Source: Eledone cirrhosa (lineage: Eukaryota). Taken from it: DNA of 64,000 nt. Shown piece by piece: positions 1-18,000 of this stretch; position 1 is the first letter of the stretch, and each line of letters starts with the position of its first letter. The notes beneath the pieces are model-generated. The model was not told where the DNA came from and did not search any database. It saw only the letters and a list, made by a program, of their open reading frames with translations. The position numbers were made by a program, and so were the translations under genes. The stretch lies in the NCBI GenBank assembly GCA_964016885.1, contig OZ024741.1:404922001-404986000 (forward strand). The letters are read 5' to 3'.

Positions 1-3000
1 TAAATATATCCAAAACTATTGTCACCATTGCTGATGGCACTGGTCCACTAGTCCTGGTATATATGGTATACCAATCCTGGACACCAAATATTAAATATAT
101 CTAACACTATTGTCACCATTACTGACGGCACTGGTCCACCAGTCCTGGTATGTATGATATACCAATCCTGGACGCCAAATATTTAATTTATCCAACAGAT
201 TTGTCTCCATTACTGCCGAGACTGGTCCACCAGTCCTGGTATATATGGTATACCAATCCTGGACATCAACTATTAAATATATCCAACATTAATGTCACCA
301 TTATTGACGACACTGGTCCACCAGTCCTGGTATATATGGTATACCAATCCTGAACACCAAATATTAAATATATCCAACAATAATGTCACCATTACTGACG
401 ACACTGGTCCACTAGACCTGGTTTATATTGTATACCAATCCTTGACACCAAATATTAAATATATCAAACAATAATGTCACAATTACTGACGACACTGGTC
501 CGCCAGTCTTGGTATATATGGTATACCAATCCTGGACACCAAATATTAAATATATCCAACAATATTGTCACCATTACTGACGACACTGGTCCGCCAGTCC
601 TGGTATATATTGTATACCAATCCTGGACACCAACTATTAAATATATACAACACTATTGTCAACATTACTGACGACACTGGTCCACCAGTCCTGGTATATA
701 TGGTATCCCAATCCTGGACACCAAATATTAAATATATCCAACGCTATTGTCAACATTACTGACGAAACTGGTCCACTAGACATGGTATATATGGTATACC
801 AATCCTGGACACCAAATATTAAATATATCCAAAACTATTGTCACCATTACGGACGACACTGGTCCACTAGTCCTGGTATATATGGTATACCAATCCTGGA
901 CACCAAATATTAAATATATCCAAAATTAATGTCACCATTATTGACGACACTGGTCCACCAGTCCTGGTATATATTGAATCCCAATCCTGGTCACCAAATA
1001 TTAAATATATCCAACGCTATTGTCTCGGTTACTGACGGCACTGGTCCACCAGTCCTGGTATATATGGTATACCAATCCTGGACACCAAATATTAAATATA
1101 TCCAACACTATTGTCACAATTACTGACGACACTGGTCCGCCAGGCCTGGTATATATGGTATACCAATCCTGGACACCAAATATTAAATATATCCAACAAT
1201 AATGTCACCATTACTGACGACACTGGTCCACCAGTCCTGGCATATATGGTATACCAATCCTGGACACCAAATATTAAATATATCGAACACTATTGTCACC
1301 ATTACTGACAACACTGGTCCACCAGTCCTGGTATATATGGTATCCCAATCTGGGACACTAAATAGTAAATATATCCAACAATAATGTCACCATTACTGAA
1401 GGCACTGGTCCACCAGTCCTGGTATATATGATATACCAATCCTGGACAACAAATATTTAATTTATCCAACACAATTGTCTCTATTACTGCCGACACTGGT
1501 CCACCAGTCCGTGTATATATGGTATACCAATCCTGGACATCAACTATTAAATATATCCAAAATTATTGTCACCATTACTGACAACACTGGTGCACTAGTC
1601 CTGGTATATATGGTATACCAATCCTGGACACCAAATATTAAATATATCCAACAATAATGTCAACATTACTGACGACACTGGACCACTAGACCTGGTTTAT
1701 ATTGTATACCAATCCTTGACACCAAATATTAAATATATCAAACAATAATGTCACAATTACTGACGACACTGGTCCACCAGTCTTGGTATATATGGTATAC
1801 CAATCCTGGACAACTAATTTTAAATATATCCAACACTATTGTTACCATTACTGACAACACTGGTCCACTAGTCCTAGTATATATTATATACCAATCCTGG
1901 ACACCAAATATTAAATATATCCAACGCTATTGTCACCATTACTGACGACACTGGTCCACCAGTCCTGGTATATATGGTATACCAATCCTGGACATCAACT
2001 ATTAAATATATCCAACATTAATGTCACCATTATTGACGACACTGGTCCACCAGTCCTGGTATATATGGTATACCAATCCTGAACACCAAATATTAAATAT
2101 ATCCAACAATAATGTCACCATTACTGACGACACTGGTCCACTAGACCTGGTTTATATTGTATACCAATCCTTGACACCAAATATTAAATATATCAAACAA
2201 TAATGTCACAATTACTGACGACACTGGTCCGCCAGTCTTGGTATATATGGTATACCAATCCTGGACACCAAATATTAAATATATCCAACAATATTGTCAC
2301 CATTACTGACGACACTGGTCCGCCAGTCCTGGTATATATTGTATACCAATCCTGGACACCAACTATTAAATATATACAACACTATTGTCAACATTACTGA
2401 CGACACTGGTCCACCAGTCCTGGTATATATGGTATCCCAATCCGGGACACTAAATATTAAATATATCCAACGCTATTGTCAACATTACTGACGACACTGG
2501 TCCACTAGACATGGTATATATGGTATACCAATCCTGGACACCAAATATTAAATATATCCAAAACTATTGTCACCATTACGGACGACACTGGTCCACTAGT
2601 CCTGGTATATATGGTATACCAATCCTGGACACCAAATATTAAATATATCCAAAATTAATGTCACCATTATTGACGACACTGGTCCACCAGTCCTGGTATA
2701 TATTGAATCCCAATCCTGGTCACCAAATATTAAATATATCCAACGCTATTGTCTCGGTTACTGACGGCACTGGTCCACCAGTCCTGGTATATATGGTATA
2801 CCAATCCTGGACACCAAATATTAAATATATCCAACACTATTGTCACAATTACTGACGACACTGGTCCGCCAGGCCTGGTATATATGGTATACCAATCCTG
2901 GACACCAAATATTAAATATATCCAACAATAATGTCACCATTACTGACGACACTGGTCCACCAGTCCTGGCATATATGGTATACCAATCCTGGACACCAAA

Positions 3001-6000
3001 TATTAAATATATCCAACACTATTGTCACCATTACTGACAACACTGGTCCACCAGTCCTGGTATATATGGTATCCCAATCTGGGACACTAAATAGTAAATA
3101 TATCCAACAATAATGTCACCATTACTGAAGGCACTGGTCCACCAGTCCTGGTATATATGATATACCAATCCTGGACAACAAATATTTAATTTATCCAACA
3201 CAATTGTCTCTATTACTGCCGACACTGGTCCACCAGTCCGTGTATATATGGTATACCAATCCTGGACATCAACTATTAAATATATCCAAAATTATTGTCA
3301 CCATTACTGACAACACTGGTGCACTAGTCCTGGTATATATGGTATACCAATCCTGGACACCAAATATTAAATATATCCAAAATTAATGTCACCATTATTG
3401 ACGACACTGGTCCACCAGTCCTGGTATATATTGAATCCCAATCCTGGTCACCAAATATTAAATATATCCAACGCTATTGTCTCGGTTACTGCCGACACTG
3501 GTCCACCAGTCCTGGTATATATGGTATACCAATCCTGGACATCAACTATTAAATATATCCAAAATTATTATCACAATTACTGACGACACTGGTGCACTAG
3601 TCTTCGTATATATGGTATTCCAATCCTGGAAACCAAATATTAAATATATCCAACATTAATGTCACCATTATTGACGACACTGGTCCACCAGTCTTGGTAT
3701 ATATGGTATACCAATCCTGGACACCTAATTTTAAATATATCCAACACTATTGTCACCATTACTGACGACACTGGTCCACTAGACCTGGTATATATGGTAT
3801 ACCAATCCTGGACACCAAATATTAAATATATCCAACGCTATTGTCACCATTACTGACGACACTGGTCCACTATTCCTAGTATAAATGGTATACCAATCCT
3901 GGACACCAAATGTTAAATATATCCAACCCTCTTGTCACAATTATTGACAAAACTGGTCCACCAGTCTTGGTATATATGGTATACCAATCCTGGACACGAA
4001 ATATTAAATATATCCAACACTATTGTCACCATTACTGACGACACTGGTCCACCAGTTCTGGTATATATGGTATACCAATCCTGGAAACCAAATATTAAAT
4101 ATATCCAAAACTATTGTCACCATTACTGACGGAACTGGTCCACCAGTTCTGGTATATATGGTATACCAATCCTGGACCGCAAATATTTAATTTATCCAAC
4201 ACAATTGTCGCCATTACTGCCGACACTGGTCCGCCAGTCCTGGTATATATGTTATACCAATCCTGGACACCAACTATTAAATATATACAACACTATTGTC
4301 AACATTACTGACGACACTGGTCCACCAGTCCTGGTATATATGGTATCCCAATCCGGGACACTAAATATTAAATATATCCAACGCTATTGTCACCATTAAT
4401 GACGACACTGGTCTACTATTCCCAGTATATATGGTATACCAGTCCTGGACACCAAATATTAAATATATCAAACAATAATGTCACAATTACTGAAGACACT
4501 GGTCCACCAGTCTTGGTATATATGGTATACCAATCCTGGACACCTAATTTTAAACATATCAAACACTACTGTCACCATTACTGACGACACTGTTCCACTA
4601 GTCCTGGTATATATGATATACCAATCCTGGACACCAAATATTAAATATATCCAACACTATTGTCACCATTACTGACGGAACTGGTCCACCAGTTCTGGTA
4701 TATATGGTATACCACTCCTGGATACCAACTATTAAATATATACAACACTATTGTCACCATTACTGACGACACTGGTCCACTAGTCCTGGTATATAAGGTA
4801 TACCAATCCTAGATACCAAGTATGAAATATATCCAACAATATAGTCACCATTACTGACGACACTGGTCCACCAGTCCTGGCATATATGGTATACCAATCC
4901 TGGACACCAAATATTAAATATATCCAACACTATTGTCACCATTACTGACGACACTGGTCCACTAATCCTGGTATATATGGTATACCAATCCTGGACACTA
5001 AATATTAAATATATTCAACAATAATGTCACAATTACTGACGACACTGGTCCACCAGTCCTGGTATATATGGTATACTAATCCTGGACACCAAATATTTAA
5101 TTTATCCAACACAATTGTCACCATTACTGCCGACACTGGTCCGCCAGTCCTGGTATATATGGTATACCAATCCTGGACACTAAATATTAAATATATTCAA
5201 CAATAATGTCACAATTACTGACGACACTGGTCCACCAGTCCTGGTATATATGATATACCAATCCTGGACACCAAATATTTAATTTATCCAACACAATTAT
5301 CACCATTACTGCCGACACTGGTCCACCAGTCCTGGTATATATGGTATATCAATCCTCGACACCAAATATTAAATATATCCAACAATAATGTCACCATTAC
5401 TGACGACACTGGTCCACTAGTCCTGGTATATATGGTATACCAATCCTGGACACCAAATATTAAATATATCCAACATTATTGTCACCATTACTGACTACAT
5501 TGGTCCACCAGTCCTGGTATATATGTTATACCAATCCTGGATACCAACTATTAAATATATACAACACTATTGTCACCATTACTGACGGCACTGGTCCACT
5601 AGTTCTGGTATATATTGTGTACCAATCCGAGACACCAAGTATGAAATATATCCAGCAATATTGTCACCATTACTGAGGACACTGGTCCACTAGTCCTGGT
5701 ATATATGGTATACCAATCCTTGCCACCAAGTATTAAATATATCCAACAATAATGTCACAATTACTGGCAACGCTGGTCCACCAGTCCTGGTATATATGGT
5801 ATACCAATCCTGGACACCAAATATTAAATATATCCAAAGTATTGTCACCATTACTGACGACACTGGTCCACCAGTCCTGGTATATATGATATACCAATCC
5901 TGGACACCAACTATTAAATATATCCAACAATATTGTCGCCATTACTGACGACATTGGTCAACTGGTCCTGGTATATTTGGTATACCCATCCTGGACACCA

Positions 6001-9000
6001 AATATTAGATATATCTAACAGTATTGTCAGCATTACTGACGGCACTGGTCCACCATTCCTGGTATATATGGCATACCAATCCTGGACACCAAATATTAAA
6101 TATATCCAACGCTATTGTCACCATTACTGACGACACTGGTCCACTAGTCCTGGTATATATGATATACCAATCCTGGAAACCAAATATTAAATATATCCAA
6201 AACTATTGTCACCATTACTGACGGAACTGGTCCCCCAGTTCTGGTATATATGTTATACCAATCCTGGACACCAAATATTTAATTTATCCAACACAATTGT
6301 CACCATTACTGCCGACACTGGTCCGCCAGTCCTGGTATATATGGTATACCAATCCTGGACACCAACTATTAAATATATACAACACTATTGTCAACATTAC
6401 TGACGGCACTGGTCCACTAGTTCTGGTATATATTGTGTACCAATCCGAGACACCAAGTATGAAATATATCCAGCAATATTGTCAACATTACTGAGGACAC
6501 TGGTCCACTAGTCCTGGTATATTTGGTATACCAATTCTGGACACCAAATATTAAATATATCCAACACTAATGTCACCATTATTGACGACACTGGTCCACC
6601 AGTTCTGGTATATATGGAATCCCAATCCTGGTCACCAATTATTAAATATATCCAACACTATTGTCACAATTACTGACAACACTGGTCCGCCAGTCCTGGT
6701 ATATATGGTATACAAATCCTGGACACCAAATATTTAATATATCCAACACTCTTGTCAACATTACTGATGACACTGGTCCACCAGTCCTGGTATATATGGT
6801 ATACCAATCCTGGACACCAAATATTAAATATATCCAACACTATTGTCACCATTACTGACTAAACTGGTCCACCAGTCCTGGTATATATGGTATCCCAATC
6901 TGGGAGACTAAATATTAAATATATCCAACGCTATTGTCTCCATTACTGACGACACTGGTCTACTAGACCTGGTATATATGGTATACCAATCCTGGACACC
7001 AAATATTAAATATATCCAAAACTATTGTCACCATTACTGACGATACTGGTCCACTAGTCCTGGTATATATGGTATACCAATCCTGGACACCAAATATTAA
7101 ATATATCTAACACTATTGTCACCAATACTGACGGCACTGGTCCACCAGTCCTGGTATATATGATATACCAATCCTGGACACCAAATATTTAATTTATCCA
7201 ACACAATTGTCTCCATTACTGCCGACACTGGTCAACCAGTCCTGGTATATATGGTATACCAATCCTGGACACCAAATATTAAGTATATCCAACACTATTG
7301 TCACCATTACTGACGGAACTGGTCCACCAGTTCTGGTATATATGGTATACCAATACTGGACACCAAATATTTAATTTATCCAACACAATTGTCACCATTA
7401 CTGCCGACACTGGTCCGCCAGTCCTGGTATATATGGTATACCAATCCTGGACACCAACTATTAAATATATACAACACTATTGTCAACATTACTGACGACA
7501 CTGGTCCACCAGTCCTGGTATATATGGTATATCAATCCTCGACACCAAATATTAAATATATCCAACAATAATGTCACCATTACTGAGGTCACTGGTCCAC
7601 TAGTCCTGGTATATATGGTATACCAATTCTGGACACTAAATATTAAATATATCCAACAATAATGTCAGAATTAATGACGACACTGGTCCACCAGTCCTGG
7701 TATATATTGTATACCAATCCTGGACACCAAATATTTAATTAATCCAACACAATTGTTACCATTACTGCCGACACTGGTCCACCAGTCCTGGTATATATGG
7801 TATAGCAATCCTGGACACCAAATATTTAATATATCCAACACTATTGTCAACATTACTGACGAAACTGGTCCACCGGTCCTGGTATATATTGTATATCAAT
7901 CCTGGACACCAAATATTAAATATATCCAACACTATTGTCAACATTACTGACGACACTGGTCCGCCAGTCCTGGTATATATGGTATACCAATCCTGGACAC
8001 TAAATATTAAATATATTCAACAATAATGTCACAATTACTGACGACACTGGTCCACCAGTCCTGGTATATATGATATACCAATCCTGGACACAAAATATTT
8101 AATTTATCCAACACAATTATCACCATTACTGCCGACACTGGTCCACCAGTCCTGGTATATATGGTATATCAATCCTCGACACCAAATATTAAATATATCC
8201 AACAATAATGTCACCATTACTGACGACACTGGTCCACTAGTCCTGGTATATATGGTATACCAATCCTGGACACCAAATATTAAATATATCCAACACTATT
8301 GTCACCATTACTGACTACATTGGTCCACCAGTCCTGGTATATATGGTATACCAATCCTTGATACCAACTATTAAATATATACAACACTATTGTCACCATT
8401 ACTGACGGCACTGGTCCACTAGTTCTGGTATATATTGTGTAACAATCCGAGACACCAAGTATGAAATATATCCAGCAATATTGTCACCATTACTGAGGAC
8501 ACTGGTCCACTAGTCCTGGTATATATGGTATACCAATCCTTGCCACCAAGTATTAAATATATCCAACAATAATGTCACAATTACTGACAACGCTGGTCCA
8601 CCAGTCCTGGTATATATGGTATACCAATCCTGGACACCAAATATTAAATATATCCAAAGTATTGTCGCCATTACTGACGACATTAGTCCACTAGTCCTGG
8701 TATATTTGGTATACCCATCCTGGACACCAAATATTAGATATATCTAACAGTATTGTCAGCATTACTGACAGCACTGGTCCACCATTCCTGGTATATATGG
8801 CATACCAATCCTGGAAACCAAATATTAAATATATCCAAAACTATTGTCACCATTACTGACGGAACTGGTCCCCCAGTTCTGGTATATATGTTATACCAAT
8901 CCTGGACACCAAATATTAAATATATACAACACTATTGTCAACATTACTGACGACACTGGTCCACCAGTACTGGTATATATGGTATATCAATCCTCGAAAC

Positions 9001-12000
9001 CAAATATTAAATATATCCAACAATAATGTCACCATTACTGACGACACTGGTCCACTAGTCCTGGTATATATGGTATACCAATTCTGGACACTAAATATTA
9101 AATATATCCAACAATAATGTCACAATTACTGACGACACTGGTCCACCAGTCCTGGTATATATGGTATACCAATCCTGGACCCCAAATATTTAATTTATCC
9201 AACACAATTGTTACCATTACTGCCGACACTGGTCCACCAGTCCTGGTATATATGGTATAGCAATCCTGGACACCAAATATTTAATATATCCAACACTATT
9301 TTCAACATTACTGATGAAACTGGTCCACCGGTCCTGGTATATATGGTATACCAATCCTTGACACCAAGTATTAAATATATCAAACAATAATGTCACAATT
9401 ATTAACGACACTGGTCCACCAGTGCTGGTATATATGGTATACCAATCCTGGACACCAAATATTAAATATATCCAACACTAATGTCACCATTATTGACGAC
9501 ACTGGTCCACCAGTTCTGGTATATATGGAATCCCAATCCTGGTCACCAATTATTAAATATATCCAACACTATTGTCACAATTACTGACAACACTGGTCCG
9601 CCAGTCCTGGTATATATGGTATACAAATCCTGGACACCAAATATTTAATATATCCAACACTCTTGTCAACATTACTGATGACACTGGTCCACCAGTCCTG
9701 GTATATATGGTATACCAATCCTGGACACCAAATATTAAATATATCCAACACTATTGTCACCATTACTGACTAAACTGGTCCACTAGACCTGGTATATATG
9801 GTATCCCAATCTGGGACACTAAATATTAAATATATCCAACGCTATTGTCTCCATTACTGACGACACTGGTCCACTAGACCTGGTATATATGGTATACCAA
9901 TCCTGGACACCAAATATTAAATATATCCAAAACTATTGTCACCATTACTGACGATACTGGTCCACTAGTCCTGGTATATATGGTATACCAATCCTGGACA
10001 CCAAATATTAAATATATCTAACACTATTGTCACCAATACTGACGGCACTGGTCCACCAGTCCTGGTATATATGATATACCAATCCTGGACACCAAATATT
10101 TAATTTATCCAACACAATTGTCTCCATTACTGCCGACACTGGTCAACCAGTCCTGGTATATATGGTATACCAATCCTGGACACCAAATATTAAATATATC
10201 CAACACTATTGTCACCATTACTGACTACATTGGTCCACCAGTCCTGGTATATATGTCATACCAATCCTGGATACCAACTATTAAATATATACAACACTAT
10301 TGTCACCATTACTGACGGCACTGGTCCACTAGTTCTGGTATATATTGTGTACCAATCCGAGACACCAAGTATGAAATATAACCAGCAATATTGTCACCAT
10401 TACTGACGACACTGGTCCACTAGTCCTGGTATATATGGTATACCAATCCTTGCCACCAAGTATTAAATATAGCCAACAATAATGTCAGAATTACTGACGA
10501 CGCTGGTCCACCAGTCCTGGTATATATGGTATACCAATCCTGGACACCAAATATTAAATATATCTAACACTATTGTCGCCATTACTGACGACATTGGTCC
10601 ACTAGTCCTGGTATATTTGGTATACCAATCCTGGACACCAAATATTAAATATATATAACAGTATTGTCAGCATTACTGACGGCACTGGTCCACCATTCCT
10701 GGTATATATGGCATACCAATCCTGGACACCAAATATTAAATATATCCAACATTATTGTCACCATTACTGACAGCACTGGTCCACCAGTCCTGGTATACAT
10801 GGTATACCAATCCTGGACATCAACTATTAAATATATCCAAAATTATTGTCACCATTACTGATGACACTGGTAGACTAGTCCTGGTATATATGGTATTCCA
10901 ATCCTGGACACCAAATATAAACTATATCCAACATTAATGTCACCATTATTGACGACACAGGTCCACTAGTCCTGGTATATATGATATACCAATCCTGGAC
11001 ACCAAATATTTCATATATCCAACGCTATTGTCACCATTACTGACGTCACTGGTCCACTATTCCTAGTATAAATGGTATACCAATCCTGGACACCAAATAT
11101 TAAATATATCCAACCCTCTTGTCACAATTATTGACGAAGCTGGTCCACCAGTCTTGGTATATATGGTATACCAATCCTGGACACCAAATATTAAATATAT
11201 CCAACACTATTGTCACCATTACTGACGACACTGGTCCACTAGTCCTGGTAAGTATGATATACCAATCCTGGACACCAAATATTAAATATATCCAACACTA
11301 TTGTCACCATTACTGACGGAACTGGTCCACCAGTTCTGGTATATATGGTATACCAATACTGGACACCAAATATTTAATTTATCCAACACAATTGTCACCA
11401 TTACTGCCGACACTGGTCCGCCAGTCCTGGTATATATGGTATACCAATCCTGGACACCAACTATTAAATATATACAACACTATTGTCAACATTACTGACG
11501 ACACTGGTCCACCAGTCCTGGTATATATGGTATATCATTCCTCGACACCAAATATTAAATATATCCAACAATAATGTCACCATTACTGAGGTCATTGGTC
11601 CACTAGTCCTGGTATATATGGTATACCAATTCTGGACACTAAATATTAAATATATCCAACAATAATGTCAGAATTACTGACGACACTGGTCCACCAGTCC
11701 TGGTATATATTGTATACCAATCCTGGACACCAAATATTTAATTAATCCAACACAATTGTTAACATTACTGCCGACACTGGTCCACCAGTCCTGGTATATA
11801 TGGTATAGCAATCCTGGACACCAAATATTTAATATATCCAACACTATTGTCAACATTACTGACGAAACTGGTCCACCGGTCCTGGTATATATTGTATATC
11901 AATCCTGGACACCAAATATTAAATATATCCAACACTATTGTCAACATTACTGACGACACTGGTCCACCAGTCCTGGTATATATGGTATACCAATCCTGGA

Positions 12001-15000
12001 CACCAAATATTAAATATATCCAACACTATTGTCACAATTACTGACAACACTGATCCACCAGTCCTGGTATATATGGTATCCGAATCCGGGACACCAAATA
12101 TTTAATATATCCAACACTATTGTCACCATTACTGACGACACTGATCCACCGGTCCTGGTATATATGGTATACCAATCCTGGACACCAAATATTAAATATA
12201 TCCAACACTATTGTCAACATTACTGACGACACTTGTCCACCAGTCCTGGTATATATGATGTACCAATCCTGGACACCAAATATTAAATATATCCAACGCT
12301 ATTGTCACAATTACTGACAACACTGGTCCACCAGTCCTGGTATATATGGTATCCCAATCCGGGACACTAAATATTAAATATATCCAACGCTATTGTCACC
12401 ATTACTGACGAGACTGGTCCACTAGACCTGGTATATATGGTATACCAATCCTGGACACCAAATATTAAATATATCCAAAACTATTGTCACAATTACTGAC
12501 GACACTGGTCCACTAGTCCTGGTATATATGGTATACCAATCCTGGACACCAAATATTATATATATCTAACACTATTGTCACCATTACTGCCGACACTGTT
12601 CCACCAGTCCTGGTATATATGGTATACCAATCCTGGACACCAAATATTAAATATAGCCAACACTATTGTCACCATTACTGGCTGCATTGGTCCACCAGTC
12701 CTGGTATATATGGTATACCAATCCTAGACACCAAGTATGAAATATATCCAACAATATTGTCACCATTACTGACGACACTGGTCCACTAGTCATGGTATAT
12801 ATGGTATACCAATCCTGGCCACCAAATATTAAATATATCAAACAATAATGTCACAATTACTGACGACACTGGTCCACCAGTCCTGGTATATATGGTATAC
12901 CAATCCTGGACACCAAATATTAAATATATCCAAAGTATTGTCACCATTACTGACGACACTGGTCCACCAGTCCTGGTATATATGGTATACCAATCCTGAA
13001 CACCAACTATTAAATATATGCAACACTATTATCGCCATTACTGACGACACTGGTCCACTAGTCTTGGTATATTTTGTATACCAATCCTGGACACCAAATA
13101 TTAATTATATCCAACACTATTGTCACAATTACTGTCGACACTGGACCACCAGTCCTGGTATATATGGTATACCAATCCTGGACACCAAATATTAAATATA
13201 TCCAACACTATTGTCACCATTACTGACAACACTGGTCCACCAGTCCTGGTATATATGGTATCCCAATCCGGGACACTAAATATTAAACATATCAAACACT
13301 ATTGTCACCATTACTGACGACACTGGTCCACTAGACCTGGTATATATGATATACCAATCCTGGAGACCAAATATTTAATTTATCCAACACAATTGTCTCC
13401 ATTACTACCGACACTGGTCCACCAGTTCTGGTATATATGGTATACCAATCCTGGACACCAAATATTAAATATATCCAACACTATTGTCACCATTACTGAC
13501 TGCATTGGTCCACCAGTCCTGGTATATATGGTATACCAATCCTAGACACCAAGTATGAAATATATCCAACAATATTGTCACCATTACTGACGGCACTGGT
13601 CCACTAGTCCTGGTATATATGGTATACCAATCCTGGCCACCAAATATTAAATATATCCAACAATAATGTCACAATTACTGACGACACTGGTCCACCAGTC
13701 CTGGTATATATGGTATACCCTTCCTGGACACCAAATATTAAATATATCCAACATTATTGTCACCATTACTGACAGCAATGGTCCACCAGTCCTGGTATAT
13801 ATGGTATACCAATCCTGGACATCAACTATTTAAATATATCCAAAATTATTGTCACCATTACTGACGACACTGGTGCACTAGTCCTGGTATATATACTATA
13901 CCAATACAGGACACCAAATATTAAATATATCCAACACTAATGTCACCATTATTGACGACACTGGTCCACTAGTCCTGGTATATATGGTATACCAATCCTG
14001 CACACCAAATATTAAATATATCCAACAATAATGTCAGCATTACTGACGACACTGGTCCACTAGACCTGGTTTATATTGTATACCAATCCTTGACACCAAA
14101 TATTAAATATATCAAACAATAATGTCACAATTACTGACGGCACTGGTCCACCAGTCCTGGTATATATGGTATACCAATCCTGGACACTTTATTTTAAATA
14201 TATCCAACACTATTGTCACCATTACTGACGACACTGGTCCACAAGTCCTGGTATATATGATATACCAATCCTGGACACCAAATATTAAATATATCCAACG
14301 CTATTGTCACCATTACTGACGACACTGGTCCACTAGATCTGGTATATATGGTATACCAATCCTGGACACCAAATATTTAATATATACTACTCTATTGTCA
14401 CCATGACTGACGACACAGGTCCACTAGACCTGCTTTATATTGTATACCAATCCTTGACACCAAATATTAAATATATCCAACACTATTGTCACCATTACTG
14501 ACAACACTGGTCCACCAGTCCTGGTATATATGGTGTCCAAATCTGGGACACTAAATATTAAATATATCCAACGCTCTTGTCACAATTACTGTTGACACTG
14601 GTCCAATAGTCCTGGTAAATTTGGTATACCAATCCTGGACCCCAAATATTTAATTTATCCAACACAATTGTTACCATTACTTCCGAAACTGGTCCACCGT
14701 CCTGGTATATATGGTAAAGCAATCCTGGACACCAAATATTTAATATATCCAACACTAATGTCAACATTACTGACGACACTGGTCCACCAGTCCTGGTATA
14801 TATGGTATACCAATCCTGGATACCAACTATTAAATATATACAACACTATTGTCACCATTACTGACGACACTGGTCCACTAGTCCTGGTATATATAGTACA
14901 CCAATCCTGGCCACCAAACATGAAATATATCCAACAATAATGTCACAATTACTGACGACACTGGTCCACCAGTCCTGGTATATATGGTATACCAATCCTG

Positions 15001-18000
15001 GACACCAAATATTTAATATATCCAACACTGATGTCAACATTACTGACGACACTGGTCCACCAGTCCTGGTATATATGTTATACCAATCCTGGACACCAAA
15101 TATTAAATATATCCAACACTATTGTCACCATTACTGACAACACTGGCCCACCAGTCCTGGTATATATGGTATCCCAATCCGGGACACTAAATATTAAATA
15201 TATCCATCGCTATTGTCACCATTACTGACGAAACTGGTCCACTAGACCTGGTATATATGGTATACCAATCGTGGACACCAAATATTTAATTTATCCAACA
15301 CAATTGTCTCCATTACTGCCGACACTGGTCCACCAGTCCTGGTATATATGGTATACCAATCCTGGACACCAAATATTAAATATATCCAACACTATTGTCC
15401 CCATTACTGACTTTATTGGTCCACCAGTCCTGGTATATATGGTATACCAAACCTGGATACCAACTATTAAATATATACAACACTATTGTCACCATTACTG
15501 ACGGCACTGGTCCACTAGTCCTGGTATATATGGTATACCAATCCTAGACACCAAGTATGAAATATATCCAACAATATTGTCACCATTACTGACGACACTG
15601 GTCCACTAGTCATGGTATATATGGTATACCAATCCTGGCCACCAAATATTAAATATAACCAACACTATTGTCACCATTACTGACGGCACTGTTCCACCAG
15701 TTCTGGTATATATGGTATACCAATCCTGGACACCAAATATTTAATTTATCCAACACAATTGTCAACATTACTGCCGACACTGGTCCACCAGTCCTGGTAT
15801 ATATGGTATACCAATCCTGGACATCAACTATTAAATATATCCAAAATTATTGTCACCATTACTGACGACACTGGTGCACTAGTCCTGGTATATATGGTAT
15901 ACCAATACAGGACACCAAATATTAAATATATCCAACACTAATGTCACCATTATTGACGACACTGGTCCATCAGTCCTGGTATATATGGTATACCAATCCT
16001 GCACACCAAATATTAAATATATCAAACAATAATGTCACCATTACTGACAACACTGGTCCACCAGTCCTGGTATATATGGTATCCAAATATGGGACACTAA
16101 ATATTAAATATATCCAAAGTATTGTCACCATTACAGACGACACTGGTCCACCAGTCCTGGTATATTTGGTATACCAATCCTGGACCCCAAATATTTAATT
16201 TATCCAACACAATTGTTACCATTACTGCCGACACTGGTCCAACAGTCCTGGTATATATGGTAAAGCTATCATGGACACCAAATATTTAATATATCCAACA
16301 CTAATGTCAACATTACTGACGACACTGGTCCACCAGTCCTGGTATATATGGTATACCAATCCTGGATACCAACTATTAAATATATACAACACTATTGTCA
16401 CCATTACTGACGGCACTGGTCCACTAGTCCTGGTATATATGGTATACCAATCCTAGACACCAAGTATGAAATATATACAACAATATTGTCACCATTACTG
16501 ACGACACTGGTCTACTAGTCCTGGTATATATGGTACACCAATCCTGGCCACCAAACATGAAATATATCCAACAATAATGTCACAATTACTGACGACACTG
16601 GTCCACCAGTCCTGGTATATATGGTATACCAATCCTGGACACCAAATATTAAATATATCTAAAGTATTGTCACCATTACTGACGACACTGGTCCACCAGT
16701 CCTGGTATATATGGTATACCAATCCTGGACACCAACTATTAAATATATCCAACACTATTGTCGCCATTACTGACGACACTGGTCCACTAGTTCTGGTATA
16801 TTTGTTATACCAATCCTGGACCCCAAATATTTAATTTATGCAACACAATCGTTACGATTACTGCCGACACTGGTCCACCAGTCCTGGTATATATGGTATA
16901 GCAATCCTGGACACCAAATATTTAATATATCCAACACTAATGTCAACATTACTGACGACACTGGTCCACCAGTCCTGTATATATGTTATACCAATCCTGG
17001 ACACCAAATATTAAATATATCCAACACTATTGTCACCAGTACTGACAACACTGGTCCACCAGTCCTGGTATATATGGTATCCCAATCCGGGACACTAAAT
17101 ATTAAATATATCCAACGCTATTGTCACCATTACTGACGACACTGGTCCACTAGACCTGGTATATATGGTATACCAATCTTGGACACCAAATATTAAATAT
17201 ATCCAAAACTATTGTAAAACATTACTGACGGCACTGGTCCACCAGTCCTGGTATATATGATATACCAATCCTGGACACCAAATATTTAATTTATCCAACA
17301 CAATTGTCTCCATTACTGCCGACACTGGTCCACCAGTCCTGGTATATATGGTATACCAATTCTGGACACCAAATATTAAATATATCCAACACTATTGTCC
17401 CCATTACTGACCTTATTGGTCCACCAGTCCTGGTATATATGGTATACCAAACCTGGATACCAACTATTAAATATATACAACACTATTGTCACCATTACTG
17501 ACGGCACTGGTCCACTAGTCCTGGTATATATGGTATACCAATCCTAGACACCAAGTATGAAATATATCCAACAATATTGTCACCATTACTGACGACTCTG
17601 GTCCACTAGTCCTGGTATATATGGTATACCAATCCTGGCCACCAAATATTAAATATAACCAACACTATTGTCACCATTACTGACAGCACTGTTCCACCAG
17701 TTCTGGTATATATGGTATACCAATCCTGGACACCAAATATTTAATTTATCCAACACAATTGTCAACATTACTGCCGACACTGGTCCAACAGTCCTGGCAT
17801 ATATGGTATACCAATCCTGGACACCAAATATTAAATATATCCAACACTATTGTCACAATTACTGACGACACTGGTCCGCCAGTCCTTGTATATATGGTAT
17901 ACCAATCCTGGACACCAAATATTAAATATATCCAACAATAATGTCACCATTACTGACGACACTGGTCCACCAGTCCTGGTATATATGGTATACCAATCCT

